This document shows, one piece after another, positions 14,660 to 28,949 of a stretch of 64,000 bases of DNA. The number at the start of each line of letters is the position of its first letter. Positions within the stretch are counted from its first letter, which is position 1. The position numbers and the translations under genes were made by a program. The notes beneath the pieces were generated by a model. It ran no database searches. It was not told the DNA's origin and worked only from the letters and a program-made list of their open reading frames with translations. This DNA is from the human T2T-CHM13v2.0 reference genome, Homo sapiens, in the NCBI RefSeq assembly GCF_009914755.1, contig NC_060926.1, one strand, 5' to 3'.

Positions 14660-15290
14660 CCAGAAAAGTGTATCTACCTTCGGCTTTAATTGAACACCCT
14701 TGAAACCAAAACGGCTAATATGTTAGTTATTGTCTTTTCTAGATCTCACTAAAAGTCATGATTTAAGAGAGTACATGGGATAATTTTTCATGGTATAGAA
14801 TTCCTGCTGTCATTCTTCCTCCCACTTTTTCTAGCCCGTTTTCTCATACTGCAGATTTTCCCTATGCTGAAGGATTCCTTGACTCTACCATACAGTCAAC
14901 ATTCAAGACCATAATTAAATGAAAGTTCATTAAGATGTATACCTAAATGCCAAACACTAGTTTTTTTTCATTGTTGTTTGGTTTTTTGTTTTGTTTTGTT
15001 TTGTTTTTGTTTGTTTACAAAAAGGAATATGTGTAGAATGACATTGATCTTATTTTAAAAGAACTAATATTCCAGAAATGGTCTGTAAAACTCAAGATGA
15101 ACTAATTGACCCATTCTTGATATTAAACATAGGTTATTGTACATGTTTTCTTTGACCATAGAAAGCCACACGGTTTGCTATAAATTTTTCCTATCTTGGT
15201 ACAACCAATATCAGATCAGAAGATTTCCCCAAAGTAATAGCTACTATTTTTTCTCTTTCAGTTGCAGGAGAAATAACAAGGCATTGAAGA

Positions 15291-15552
15291 ATGGCAGATG
15301 AACGGAAAGATGAAGCAAAGGCACCTCACTGGACCTCAGCACCGCTAACAGAGGCATCTGCACACTCACATCCACCTGAGATTAAGGATCAAGGCGGAGC
15401 AGGGGAAGGACTTGTCCGAAGCGCCAATGGATTCCCATACAGGGAGGATGAAGAGGGTGCCTTTGGAGAGCATGGGTCACAGGGCACCTATTCAAATACC
15501 AAAGAGAATGGGATCAACGGAGAGCTGACCTCAGCTGACAGAGAAACAGCAG
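15291..15552 (+). CDS. MAP2: MAP2 first coding exon (exon starts 15262 with 29 nt of 5'UTR); MADERKDEAKAPHW...DRETA
   Basis: Translation matches the MAP2 N-terminus as I know it; acceptor ttttttctctttcag|TTGCAG at 15261/2, ATG 15291, donor CAG|gtaact at 15552/3; 262 coding nt, phase 1. Confidence 0.98.
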
Positions 15553-15974
15553 GTAACTAAGGGCTCTACTGTCACCAAGTGCTTGCTTTGTGCTTTGAAG
15601 TCAGTTTAGTCTGAAAGTGAATTAATATACAGCACTGATCCTCTTTCACTAGTGCTAGGACTGAAATTCCAGTCAGTCAGAGGAAATAAAAGAAGAGAAA
15701 AATCATGGCAACTAACTTGACATTTCCCCACATTATCTGTATTCTCAATCCCATTCCCCTATTTAATTTTTATCACGTGAATTTTTGCAGGCTGAGTATA
15801 TGTATGTTTTGCTAGAAACTGTCAGCATTTTAACTCATTGAAAGAAAACTTTACAAATAGTTTTTTTTTAATTCTCTTAAATGACCTTGGACCTAAATCC
15901 AATGGATTGATTAGAAGCATATTTTTTAGAGCAGAAAAAAGCAAAATACGTAAATACATACTGTAATTTTTTTA

Positions 15975-16160
15975 ATCCATCATTCAACAAATTACAGTTT
16001 AGCTTTTCTACATGCAAGGTGTTGTGTTAGCTTCTGTGCCAGTGCATGTGCAAGAAATGGTCCCAGAACTTCATGAATCAGATGATCTTGGAGCAGACAT
16101 GAGACTTGTGCATATGTTTATTTGGATACAAAGCATAACATGTAAGTGCCACATGAGCAG
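15975..16160 (-). mobile_element. L2 3' fragment
   Basis: cattcaacaaat...gcaaggtgttgtgttag...atggtccc. Confidence 0.5.
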
Positions 16161-18353
16161 TATAGAAAGGCAAAGTTTAAAGCAGATTATTTCTGCTTTG
16201 GGCCAAAGTCCCCAAATTGTGCACAAAATCATCTTATCATCTTGGGGTGCTGCAGCAAATTCACAAGAATACAACAAGGTATTTTAAATATTTAAGGGGA
16301 ACAGTGATAATATCTGTCAAACACTGCCTGAACTATTAGCTCAAGATAGTTTACAGTTTCAACATTACATTACACTATATTCCTTTAATATGTCATATCT
16401 TTGCAAAAATAGGTTTTCAGCAGTTGTTCTGATAAAAGCAAGTACCCTGCAGAAATCCATGTGAAATGGAAGAAGAGAGTGATAGTGTCCAACCTGATTC
16501 CAGGGTTTGAGATACTGTGCAGTGCCCCACAGGCACATACATTCAATTAGTATGAAATTGTGGTTGAGAATAAAATAAAAATATTATTTGCACATTTCAT
16601 GGTTACAATGAGGATTAATTAAGATAGTAAAGTGTACAAAGTGAATGGCTCAAGAAATAATAACTGTTAATTAATTTTATTATTATTGGTGGTAGTGGTG
16701 GTATCAATATGGATGACATAGCACTCTTGATCAAGTAATATTTTTCTATAGCTGAGTATACACAACTTTAACAGGGTGGAACTTGGGTGTCAGGAGCACT
16801 AAGAGGATTTTCAAGGGATTGCAGCATGAGGAGATGAGAGCATGTTATAGCATATTGATTGTGAGGAAGAAAAGAGTTAGTATGATATGTCAAGGTTTTT
16901 TTCATCATCGTATCTTGCAGCATTAGACCTTCAATATTCCATAAATGTGTGTTGAGTGAGCGAGTGAATGAAGGAATAAATGAATAAATTCAAAAAGAAG
17001 AAAGTCCTCTTCACATTAATGATGAAAACAATTGAAAAGTCTTACTTTGTCCCTTGGGCTCTCGCCAGTTGACTCTCAGTGCCTGTTATGAAAGCTTGTA
17101 ATACACAAAAAAAAATCACTGCAGTGTGCTTGGTCATGCAGTAAAAACCAACACCATTCACTATTTCATCTGTTCAGTGGTCTTAAGTATTTGAGAGCAT
17201 CAGAAAAATCTATTTGTCAAGTCAGTGTATTATCACCAGCTTCTCTGAGAAAATGATATACATTTAAAAGAGGCTAATAGACGTTTCTTTTAAATGATGG
17301 GTTTAGGAACATCCAGAGTTCATTTTAAATTCAGCTCAATGTGTATCAAACACATTTGGTATTAGCTTTTGGAGATTGATTACAAAGGTTTTGTCTGTAT
17401 GTTCTGAGTGACAAAAATTGTAAACAGTCAGCCATGGGCTACCAGAGTGATAGTCAATCCAAACTAAACTATGGTGTGATTTTTAAATTAACTTTCCTCT
17501 AGAAATAAGCAGCCAAGTATTGAATCCATGAGATATGCATGTGTAGAAATCTTTAGAAAAAGGAAAATGTAAAATAATATCTTTTCATGTCTACAGAGGA
17601 TGTTCCAGTGATGAGTTAATATGCAATTAAATTTATTTCCAAACTCTAATTTAACAAATAACAACTTTTATCATTCATGGTTTATTGACAGCTGTTTCAC
17701 AAATTGTGTAATAAAAATCATCTCCAGCATAAACAAATGCTCTTAAATCCCAAATATGGTATTTAGAAATGCTATCCTTTGATGATGGAGACTATAGATA
17801 TGAGCTGGCGTAATATTTTGATGTGATTATTTTAAAAAGGACCAGGGATCTATACATCAGCTCACTCTTTTATACAATCTACCAGTGTATTACATTTTTC
17901 CCTATAAAGGATATTTCTCAGGACACTGTTAGCGTGAGGCACTTCTCAGTGACATCAGGTCCACAGCTATATGTTGTAATATCCAGGACATTACTGATTA
18001 AATCAAAGAATCTTCCCTCTACTTTCCGTTTTTGCTATAGTCCCCTCTTTGCATTTTAAAATAATATTTTCTCCAAGTTTGTTTCTTTTTAATCATTTAT
18101 ATAAATAAGATCACATGATAAATAAAATGCAATCGTCATCTTCTTCCCCCTTTTCTCCTTCATTAGAGTGGGCTCACTTCAACCAAGATCCTTACTTTTT
18201 TCCCCCTCATCCACTCCTTCAATGTTCATCTTTATTATGGGCAATAATAATTTTTAAAGATGCAAACCCATAGTCAGTGTATCCTTGATCTTATGCACTG
18301 ACACCAGAGGGTGGGAGAGTGGAGAATATTAGAAGGCAATAATAATTTAAATT

Positions 18354-18652
18354 GGCTGGGTGCAGTGGCTCACACCTGTAATCCTAGCACTTTGGGAGGC
18401 TGAGGTGAGTAGATTGCTTGAGCCCAGGAATTCGAGACCAGTCTGGGCAACATGGCAAAACCTCATCTCCAAAAAAAAATTAGCCGGGTATGATGTCACA
18501 CACCTGTGGTCCCAGCTACTCAAGAGACAAAGGTGGGAGGATCACCTGAGCCCAGGGAGGTCAAGACTGCAGTGAGCTGTGATCAGGCCACTGCACTTCT
18601 GCCTAGATGACAGAGCAAGACCCTGTCTCAAAAAAAAAATAATAATAATAAT
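18354..18652 (+). mobile_element. Alu (AluJ-like)
   Basis: Dimer with A/AAT tail. Confidence 0.93.
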
Positions 18653-18879
18653 CTAGATTTTGTCCCCTTTTTTATGATTTAAAACTATCCATAAAAAGAA
18701 TTATTTGCTCAACTGTAGCATAATTTTTCATTCCTTAAGATTTTTTCTTACCACTAAAGTGTGCTTTTTGGAAGCCATGCCACAGAAGCATGAAAAAAAG
18801 AAATGAGAAACTATTAAGCATCTAGCCACTTAGGAAAGCTGTCGTTATAATAAGTCTAAAGCGTAATTTTTATCTTTAT

Positions 18880-20035
18880 CTTTGTTTTTTGTTTTTAATT
18901 TTTATTTTCATGGATTCAGGGGATACAAGTGCAGTTTTGTTACATGAATATATCTCATAGGGGTGAAGTCTGGGCTTTGAGTGTACCCGTCACCTGAATA
19001 GTGAACATTGTACTCAATAGGTAATTTTTCAACCCTCACCTCTTTCCCACCCTCCCGCCTTTTTGAGTCTCCAATGTCTATTATTTCCATATTTATGTCC
19101 TTGTGTATTCATTGTTTAACTCACACTTGTAAGTGAGAACGTATGGTATTTGATTTTCTCTTTCTGAGTTATTTCACTTAAGATAATGGTCTCCCGTTCC
19201 ATCCATGTTGCTGCAAAAGATATGATTTTATTCTTTTTTATGGCTGTGTAGTATTCCATCGTATATCTACACTACATTTTCTTTATCCAGTCATCCACTG
19301 ATGGATGCTTAGGTTGATTCCATACCTTTGCTATTGTGAATGGTGCTGCAATAAATATATGAGTGCAGGTGTCTTTGATATAATGATTTATTTTCCATTG
19401 GGTAGATACCCAGTAGTGAGATTGCTGGATCGAATGGTAGTTTTATTTTCAGTTCTTTGAGAAATCTCCATACCGTTTTCCATAAAGACTGTAGTAATTT
19501 AACATTCCCGTCAACATTGTTTAAGAGTTCCTTTTTCTCTATAGCATTGTTAACATCTGTTGTCTTTTGACTTTTTAATAATGGCCATTCTAACTGGTAT
19601 AAGATGATATCTCATTGTGGTTTTAATTTGCATTTCCGTGATGATTAGTGATGTTGAGCATTTTTTTTCATATACCTATTTGGCCATTTGTGCATCTTCT
19701 TTTGAGAAGTGTCTATTCATGTCCGTTGCTCACTTTTTAATGAGGATTTTTTTTTTCTTGTTGAGTTGTTTGAATTCCTTAGTCCTTCGTTGGATGCACA
19801 GTTTGCAGATATTTTCTCCCATTCTGTGGGTTGTCTGTTTACTCTTTTGGTTATTTCTTTTCCTGTGCAGAAGCTTTTTAATCTAATTAAGTCCCATTAG
19901 TCTATTTTTGTTTTTGTTGCATTTACTTTTGGGGTGTTAGTCATTATAATTCTTTGCCTAGGGCAATGTTCAGAAAAGTTTTTCCTGGGCTTTTTTTCTA
20001 GGATTTTTATAGCTTGAGGTCTCACTTTTAAGTTA
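18880..20035 (-). mobile_element. L1 3' segment (L1PB/L1MA age), ORF2 end plus 3'UTR
   Basis: ttccatccatgttgctgcaaaaga..., attgtggttttaatttgcattt..., gtgcagaagctttttaat; explains ORFs 18908, 19617, 19709. Confidence 0.92.
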
Positions 20036-20553
20036 AAGCATCATTTTAAAATTGTTTTCCAAAGCGTAAATAATAAGAGTAATGGCTTGTAATAATTCTT
20101 TCCTCTCTTTTCTGTGTTATCTTTATTGAAGAAAGCAAGAGGAATGCATTTTGGTCCCCACAGAGTTTCAGCTCTGAAGATAACTGGGAGCCTCATCCTT
20201 AAGTTTCAGTTCCAGGGTTGGGGCCCAAACTCGTATTAGAACTTGTATCAAGATCTTATAAAAGGGCAAAAGGGATTATTTGTAAAATTTGTAAAATATT
20301 GAGTGGAAAATTATTTTAGAAAATGGAAAGTGACCTTTCAAATTTTAAGGGCACAGAAAAGCAATTGATTTCTGTAATCATTGTGCATGTGACTTAACAG
20401 TGTAATTGGTTTTGACTTCATCTAGTATTCCCTTAACAGTATTATATCAAATCCTATCTTTACTGTGCCTGTTTATAGAATCATTTTGAATATGGTACTT
20501 TCTAGCAGCAAAAACAGGGATGTGCAAACAAAGTGGTGGTTCTATGTTTCTGA

Positions 20554-21230
<677 letters not shown>

Positions 21231-21876
21231 CAGGAATTTCATGCAACTCTCTTCTCAACTGTCCTAACCTCAAGAAGTGGTATGGATTTTTTTTTCTATA
21301 GTTTATAATTTACTTGGCTTTATAAATATGCTACTCATTGTGAAAGCTTTCAAGACTCTTTTAGATGAGTGTATTTTTTTTTCTTGCTCTCAGGATTAAT
21401 TTTGCAAATGTCAGGATTTGTTCTTTATTAGAAAATCGTGGTGAAATTAGCTACTTTTCTATCACAGTTGTGGATGATGTGATTGAAAGCTGGAAGGGAC
21501 CAGTGAGATGACTTTTCACAGTAGATAATATGACTACTACCAGAATGCAAGTCTCTTGCCCTACAGACCAGTGCTGTTTCCACTATCCCCATCTGCCACA
21601 TTCAGAACAGCAGTTAGTTGCAGCAGTTATCGATTACAGGCAAAGCAGACAATTCTTCTATTCCAGAACTGCCACATTCATGTAATTTTAAGTGATATGA
21701 TATCATAACTTTATTCCTAGTTTTCAATCTGAGTAGACAAAAAGGGGAGGCAATTTTGAGATGTTTATTGATACTAAAACATTTTTAAAGTATTTAAAAT
21801 CAGGCTTTAGTGATTTTTGACTATCTTGAAGTACAGTGCTGTGAACACTAGTAAAAAAAAAAAAATGCTGATCACA

Positions 21877-22167
21877 GACCGGGCGTGGTGGCTCATGCCT
21901 GGAATCCCAGCACTTTGGGAGGCCGAGGCGGGTGGATCACGAGGTCAGGAGATTGGGACCATCCTGGCTAACACTGTGAAACCCCGTCTCTACTGAAAAT
22001 AGAAAAAATTAGCCGGGCGTGGTGGCGGGCGCGTGTAGTCCCAGCTACTTAGGAGGCTGAGGTAGGAGAATGGTGTGAACCCAGGAGGCGGAGCTTGCAG
22101 CGAGCCGAGATGGCGCCACTGCACTCCAGCCTGGGCGACAGAGCGAGACTCAGTCTCAAAAAAAAAA
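21877..22167 (+). mobile_element. AluY with TSD aaaaaatgctg(a/g)tcaca
   Basis: atcctggctaacac, gaatggtgtgaaccc, gcggagcttgcag diagnostic positions. Confidence 0.95.
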
Positions 22168-22246
22168 TGCTGGTCACAGTAGAAAGTGCCTACGTGACGA
22201 TCAAAGGCCAGTATCAGCAATCCCCTTGGGTAAATGTAAAGATTAA

Positions 22247-22813
<567 letters not shown>

Positions 22814-22820
22814 TGCTGCA

Positions 22821-22868
<48 letters not shown>

Positions 22869-23162
22869 TTGAGACCGAGTCTCGCTCTGTCGCCCAGGCT
22901 GGAGTGCAGTGGCGCGATCTCGGCTCACTGCAAGCTCCGCCTCCCGGATTCACACCCATTCTCCTGCCTCAGCCTCCCGAGTAACTGGGACTACAGGTGC
23001 CCGCCACCACGCCCGGCTAATTTTTTGTATTTTTTTTTTTTTTTAGTAGAGACAGGGTTTCACTGTGTTATCCAGGATGGTCTTCATATCCTGACCTCGT
23101 GATCCGCCCGCCTCGGCATCCCAAAGTGCTGGGATTACAGGCGTGAGCCACCACACCCGGCC
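22821..23162 (-). mobile_element. AluY (second of tandem pair) with (AAT)n tail
   Basis: (ATT)16 then AluY body; explains the poly-I and poly-N ORFs. Confidence 0.95.
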
Positions 23163-23299
23163 TGTTGCTGCAATTATTAAGTTTGAAAACACATGAAGGA
23201 AAAGTTTGGCAGCTCTCACATGCAAAAAGCTGCATATGCCTTTAAATAAAGCTTTTCTCTCTGTTCTGCTTTTCAATCTCAGAAGATTCAAATCTATCT

Positions 23300-23683
23300 T
23301 TTCTCACCTCGCCCTTTCTCCCCTGCCTCCGTTTCTAGATTTGCGATTTACTAATAGGAGTCAGCATCCCATTTAAAATATGGCCTATTCTATGTAATAT
23401 ATTAATTTATGCGGAGCAAAATAGCACTGAGCCATTTCTCCTGCAAAATGACTAAAGCCATCCACACCAACCCCCCAAGCAAATAAACAAGCTCGCCTAA
23501 CAATGCGAGAGGTTGCAGATTTTCCTTTCCTAGTTGCCATGCCAACCACTCATTGCTCTGGCTGCCATTTCCCTGAGCTCCGCAGAGAGAGGAGTGTGCA
23601 GAGCAGAGTTATTTAGCATTCAAGGGTGGATCTGCAGAAAATCACACAGCCTCACTGCGAAGCATCTGGGCCTGGTGGCACCG
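23300..23683 (+). promoter_or_regulatory. Candidate intronic promoter/enhancer with FOX (aaataaaca 23481), SOX (aacaatg 23499) and RFX X-box (GTTGCCATGCCAAC 23533-23546) motifs
   Basis: Motif cluster within about 70 bp; 12 CpGs counted in 23300-23815 in otherwise CpG-poor unique DNA. Confidence 0.5.
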
Positions 23684-23732
23684 ATGGATGAGGACAGAAA
23701 ATGGGGATCTTTTCAGTGTTTTCCTTCTAAAG
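23684..23732 (+). CDS. MAP2: Candidate alternative first coding exon of MAP2: MDEDRKWGSFQCFPSK
   Basis: ATG with +4 G, 16 codons + 1 nt, donor AAG|gttagg in phase 1 (compatible with exon 40665); lies in a CpG-retaining, motif-rich segment. Confidence 0.55.
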
Positions 23733-26352
23733 GTTAGGCATCCGGGGCTAGAAAGAGTGAGAAAGACAAGGATTGATAGAAAAGGCAGTTCCACGAGGTT
23801 TGTATTGTCACGTTTGCTTTGTCCTATGTGGTCTCTCTACTAGGTGAAGCTGGTTGTGGGGATTAGCTTCAATCATAATATTTGGCTTGGCTTGTTGATG
23901 AATAGGATTTGAACCTAATTTAGGGCTAGCTTATATGGATATTATAATAAAGAATTGTGTCTTTTATTCTTGATACAATATGAGGTTGTATATAGCAGGT
24001 ATTGCCAGCCACAGCGTTTGATATTTTACAAATTAGAGGAAAAAAACCAACATCAGATAAAGTTTTGTTTCATTGTACAGCTATAAGGTAGTTTGTCCCA
24101 TAAAAATCTGTCTTTGCTCTGTAGTCCAGTCTTAAGGTAGGATGAGATTTTCTTAAGACGGTAATTCTTAATCGATATATGAGGAAAACTTGGTTTCTCA
24201 AGACTTGTTTCCATTAAACCCTATGACTCAACAAATTAAGGTATGATTTTATTCCTTGGAATTTTAATTGCCTACAAACACTTCAAGTTGTGAAGAGCAA
24301 GGCTCTATCTAACACAATATAATAGGATATTTAAAAACTGAGGTTAATTGCATTCACATGTACTTCTATGTGTGTTCCTCAAGAAAATTCCTCCCATGCA
24401 CTGTGGAAATCAGTCTCGTTTCTTGTCTCGCTTTGTGCTAAATGTCAGAACTACATCACAAGCGCAAAAAGTATTTCCTCAGACGTTTTGGTCCACTGAC
24501 ATTTTAAAAATTATTTTGTTGAATTTGAATCTTAACGAAACAGATTTTTGCCAATGACAATTCAGACCTATTTATGAAAATTATTCTTTCTAGTTTGTTT
24601 TTAAGTGCAAATATAATTTAATTATCATTGTAATTTTTACTTGACCTTTCTCTCATCCCATTTTTTCCAAGATCTTGTTAAGTTTTCTCTCCTCTAATAT
24701 GCTGTCATGTTTTGTCATCATATTTTTCTTTTAATGTTTTTCAATTTTTTTGAGATTTAAAAAACCTCCATTTAGATAAAAATTTAAAACAATTCTTAAA
24801 TTCTTTTTTTATTTTTAGCAAACAGATGAAAGTAATAAGTAATGGGAGTGAGTCTTCTAGACTCATTTTTGGACTGTCTAAGCCTTTGTTTTGGTTAGGA
24901 TTATGCATGGCCTTTATCTGTCCTTTGTTATATTTCGGAGTATTTTCTCCTCACAAAAGAGAAAAAGAAAAAAAAGATAAGATAAAAAATCTAATACTTT
25001 TGAACAAATAAATTGCTCAAATATCTTGAGACTATATTTCTTATCAAGCAATAATGTGTTTTTAAGTGTGAGATATATATATATATACACACATATATAT
25101 ATTCTTTGATTATATTACTTGTGTAGGTCTGAGAAAAATGTTTGCCACTGTATGCCAAATGCTGCCTTGCGGTTTAGAATTGGGTTTGATTTTATTGCGG
25201 TTGGGAGGTTATTAAGTAGACTGGAGAGTACCCAGCAGTTATCACTCCTCTTTTTTCCCCTCTAAGCTATTGAGATAAACTGACTCTTTCTACTTCAGTG
25301 TGTCAAGCCTTTTTCTCTTCCTCTCATTCCCTCACACTTCACTGCTCCCCAGTACATTACATAAAGCACGTGCTTTGACTGTCAGGGGAGTCTGGAAATC
25401 ATATCAGGAGAGGATGAACAGAACAACTGGTGCTGCATTGCAGACCTGGTAGCTTCAGCATTATCTGACCTGGCATCGTGAGTCCTGGGGGAAAAGGACA
25501 CTAAACCGTGTCCTGCCGGCTCACTGTGTAGCTCGTCTCACTGAATGAGTCACCATTCAGCAACACTCATAGAAAATACAGTTCAAAAACCAGCCAAGCT
25601 GATGAGCAGAGGAAGGGGAAAACATATGTCATAGGTTGTCATGCAACTTTTAACAATGCTTTTAACAATTTTTGCAAATGCTGGGTGGTTATTAGAACAC
25701 AGAAATGAGAGTAAAATACAGTTGATTTCAGGAATACGCAAGAAGGCATTAGGCAAAAATAGATAAGAAAGGAGGAATCAAGATTCAGAGAAAAATCATC
25801 CTAAATACATATGATTCAGTTTAAGCATCCTGAAAATCCACATTTTTAATTTGTAAACACAGGTCAAAGTGATGCTGGCATATGAGCACCTCTGGTTCTT
25901 GCAAAGCATCTCCAGCATGAATGATCAGTCCTCCGATTGGTCTAAAATGTTCTCTTTTGTGACACGTTGCATTTGCCGAATGTAAATGGGCAAGTTTACA
26001 TTGTGGTGTTTTCATTCCCATGCAGTATTGTGCAAGAAGTCATAAGAAAAACATTTTGGAAGGGTACCACCCTACAGCAAAGGTTCTCGGAAATCTACCA
26101 TTAAAGATAAAGAGCTGTTGTTGATTTTATTCTCTCAAATGAGTCTTCCTCTTCTGAACACCCCCAAGTACCATGTTTATATCTTGCTAATACAATTGAT
26201 CATAGCAATCATTTTACTGAGGTTACTTGTTATTTGTTTTTATTACAGTCAGTAGGTTGGAAATGCTTTGGGGTAGAACCTGTGCTTCATTCATCTTTCT
26301 TTTCCTTTTTGTATATAACACAGTGCTTATTTTCTATAATATGTATGTGCTA

Positions 26353-26754
<402 letters not shown>

Positions 26755-26805
26755 CTACATTGTGAACAATAAATTTGCAGGAAAGACTGTATTAGAAAGG
26801 AAAAC

Positions 26806-27120
26806 CGTGGCTCATGCCTCTATCCCAGCACTTTGGAAGGCCAAGGCAGGCAGGCAGATCACGAGGTCAGGAGATCGGGACTATCCTGGCCAACATTGTG
26901 AAATCCCATCTCTACTAAAAATACAAAAATTAGCTAGGCTTGGTGGTGCATGCCTGTAGTCCCAGTTACTCAGGAGGCTGAGGCAGGAGAATCGCTTGAA
27001 CCCAGGAGGCGGAGGTTGCATGCAGTGAGCTGAGATCGCGCCCCTGCCCTCCAGCCTGGTGACAGAGCGAAACTCCGTCTCAAAAAAAAAAAAAAAAAAA
27101 AAAAAAGAAGAAGAAGAAAA
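26806..27120 (+). mobile_element. AluS with TSD gaaaggaaaac
   Basis: Near-full dimer, A/GAA tail. Confidence 0.94.
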
Positions 27121-28514
27121 GAAAGGAAAACTGAGAATGAAGAGGTAATCAAGAAACTGAAAACAGTCTAGATTCAAAGTAAGGACTTTAAAAGTGTCGG
27201 TTAGAACAGAAAGAAATTAGGTAGGAACTCCAAAATACTGTAGTGAAAGTATATGGTGGAAGACTTGACTTGTTCTGAAATTGGGAGTGAGAGTTGGGAG
27301 TAAAGAAAATATATCTTTGACTGAAGATAGCAGTAAGATATCAAATTGGAGATATTTTCTTGATGATGAAAATTACTGAGCTGAAAATAATATGAAAAGT
27401 CCAGATAAATGAACTTTCTAAAAGATAATCTAGTGGTTAAGAAATACATAGATACAGAAAAATTTTTCATGTTCATTTCTGCAGAATTGAGGCCAGTGTA
27501 ATAATTGGCTTAGGTTGAAAATGCCACTGAAATATTCTGTAAATGGAACTCTATAATGCATGTCTTTTTTGATCCTCTGACTATAAATAAGGATTGCTGC
27601 ACTGTTCTAGGTCAAGTAAATCTCATTTCTGACAAATGGGCAATCTAAATCTTAAAGCATTTGGATATTCTAAGTCATGGATTTAATATGTGCCTCCTTT
27701 AAAGGAGTATACCAGTATCGTCTTGGAAAGATATTATGTATCCTATTTTTGAAGACCAAATGTCACCAATGCCCTTTATTTTCTCTATTTCATCTTTGAG
27801 TGCATAAAATTATTTGCAAATGAGTTCTTAGATAGTAAACAACATTATCATATCAAATTAGGAATTTATACATTAACTTTAGGAAAATATTGTGATTTCA
27901 GTTAAATATAATTCCTTAGTTTCATTTTAGTTTTCATTTTTCACTTAATAAAAAGCTTCCTGTGATCCATAATTTTCTTTTCCTTTGACATATTTGAATG
28001 AAAATGCTCCCATTTACATTTTCTAAATCTAATCATTAAGTATTTCAGTGTTTAGTGAAATTCTTCTCCAAGGAGGAAACTAATAGTAGTAATAATAATT
28101 ATTGACTTACTTTTATAACCACTTTTAAAAAATCAATTCACTGGATACTTTTTCTCCTTGTTGAATTTTGCATCTTCAGCTCATGTTTATTTATGTCTTT
28201 CTTTAAAAATTGGCTTTGGTTGTTTTTCTCATCAGCTTGAAAAATAGAATTTGTGACTAAAGCATTAAAAAAATTGGAATAAACTTGCTTTCCTTCGAGC
28301 TTTACTGGAACACAAATGCTGACCTGGGGAAAGTGGCTTTTTCTCCAAATATTGCACTAACTTGGTGTAGATCACAACGCATGTAAGATATTTATTTTCT
28401 CCAGGCCAGTTCTCATCTAATTCTTTATAAATCCTGATTGCTATAAGAAAAGAAGCAAATGATTGAGTTTGATGCAAATATAGTAGCCACTTAACAAAAG
28501 TCACATTTTAAGAG

Positions 28515-28626
28515 AGGAAGTTCATTCAGTTGGGATAACAGTAGAGGATAACAGTAGAGGAATAACAGTAGAGGAATAACAAGAGGATAACGAGAAAGGA
28601 AGTTCATTCAGTTGGAATAACAGTAG
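28515..28626. repeat. 30-bp direct repeat bracketing a 13-14-bp minisatellite (gg(a)ataacagtaga)
   Basis: aggaagttcattcagttgg(g/a)ataacagtag at 28515 and 28597; internal units visible. Confidence 0.9.
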
Positions 28627-28818
28627 TTCCCTTCTCTCATCTGCCATCCTGAAGAAAAATGTGTTATGAAATGCTCTGCAGACCACATTTATCTTGCTCA
28701 TATGATCCTAATACAACATCAAAAATACTGCTCAAGGAATTGGCTATTTTGGTGACACAGGTTTCCTTTCTAGTTGGATTTCACTCTTTAAGGGTGAACT
28801 TAAATTACTCTAGCTGAC

Positions 28819-28949
28819 TATCATCTTATGATGGAATTACTAGATACGTTTGAATTTAATTTTTTTATGTGAAGAAAAAAATTTTATCATCTTATGATGG
28901 AATTACTAGATAAGTTTGAATTTAATTTTTTTTGATGTGAAGAAAAAAA
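28819..28949. repeat. 66-bp tandem duplication, 2 copies
   Basis: tatcatcttatgatggaattactagata... begins at 28819 and 28885. Confidence 0.93.

Noticed and set aside
28515-28626. Repeat-spacer-like look (CRISPR-like)
   Set aside because: Eukaryotic intron, no unique spacers, no cas genes; simple slippage repeat
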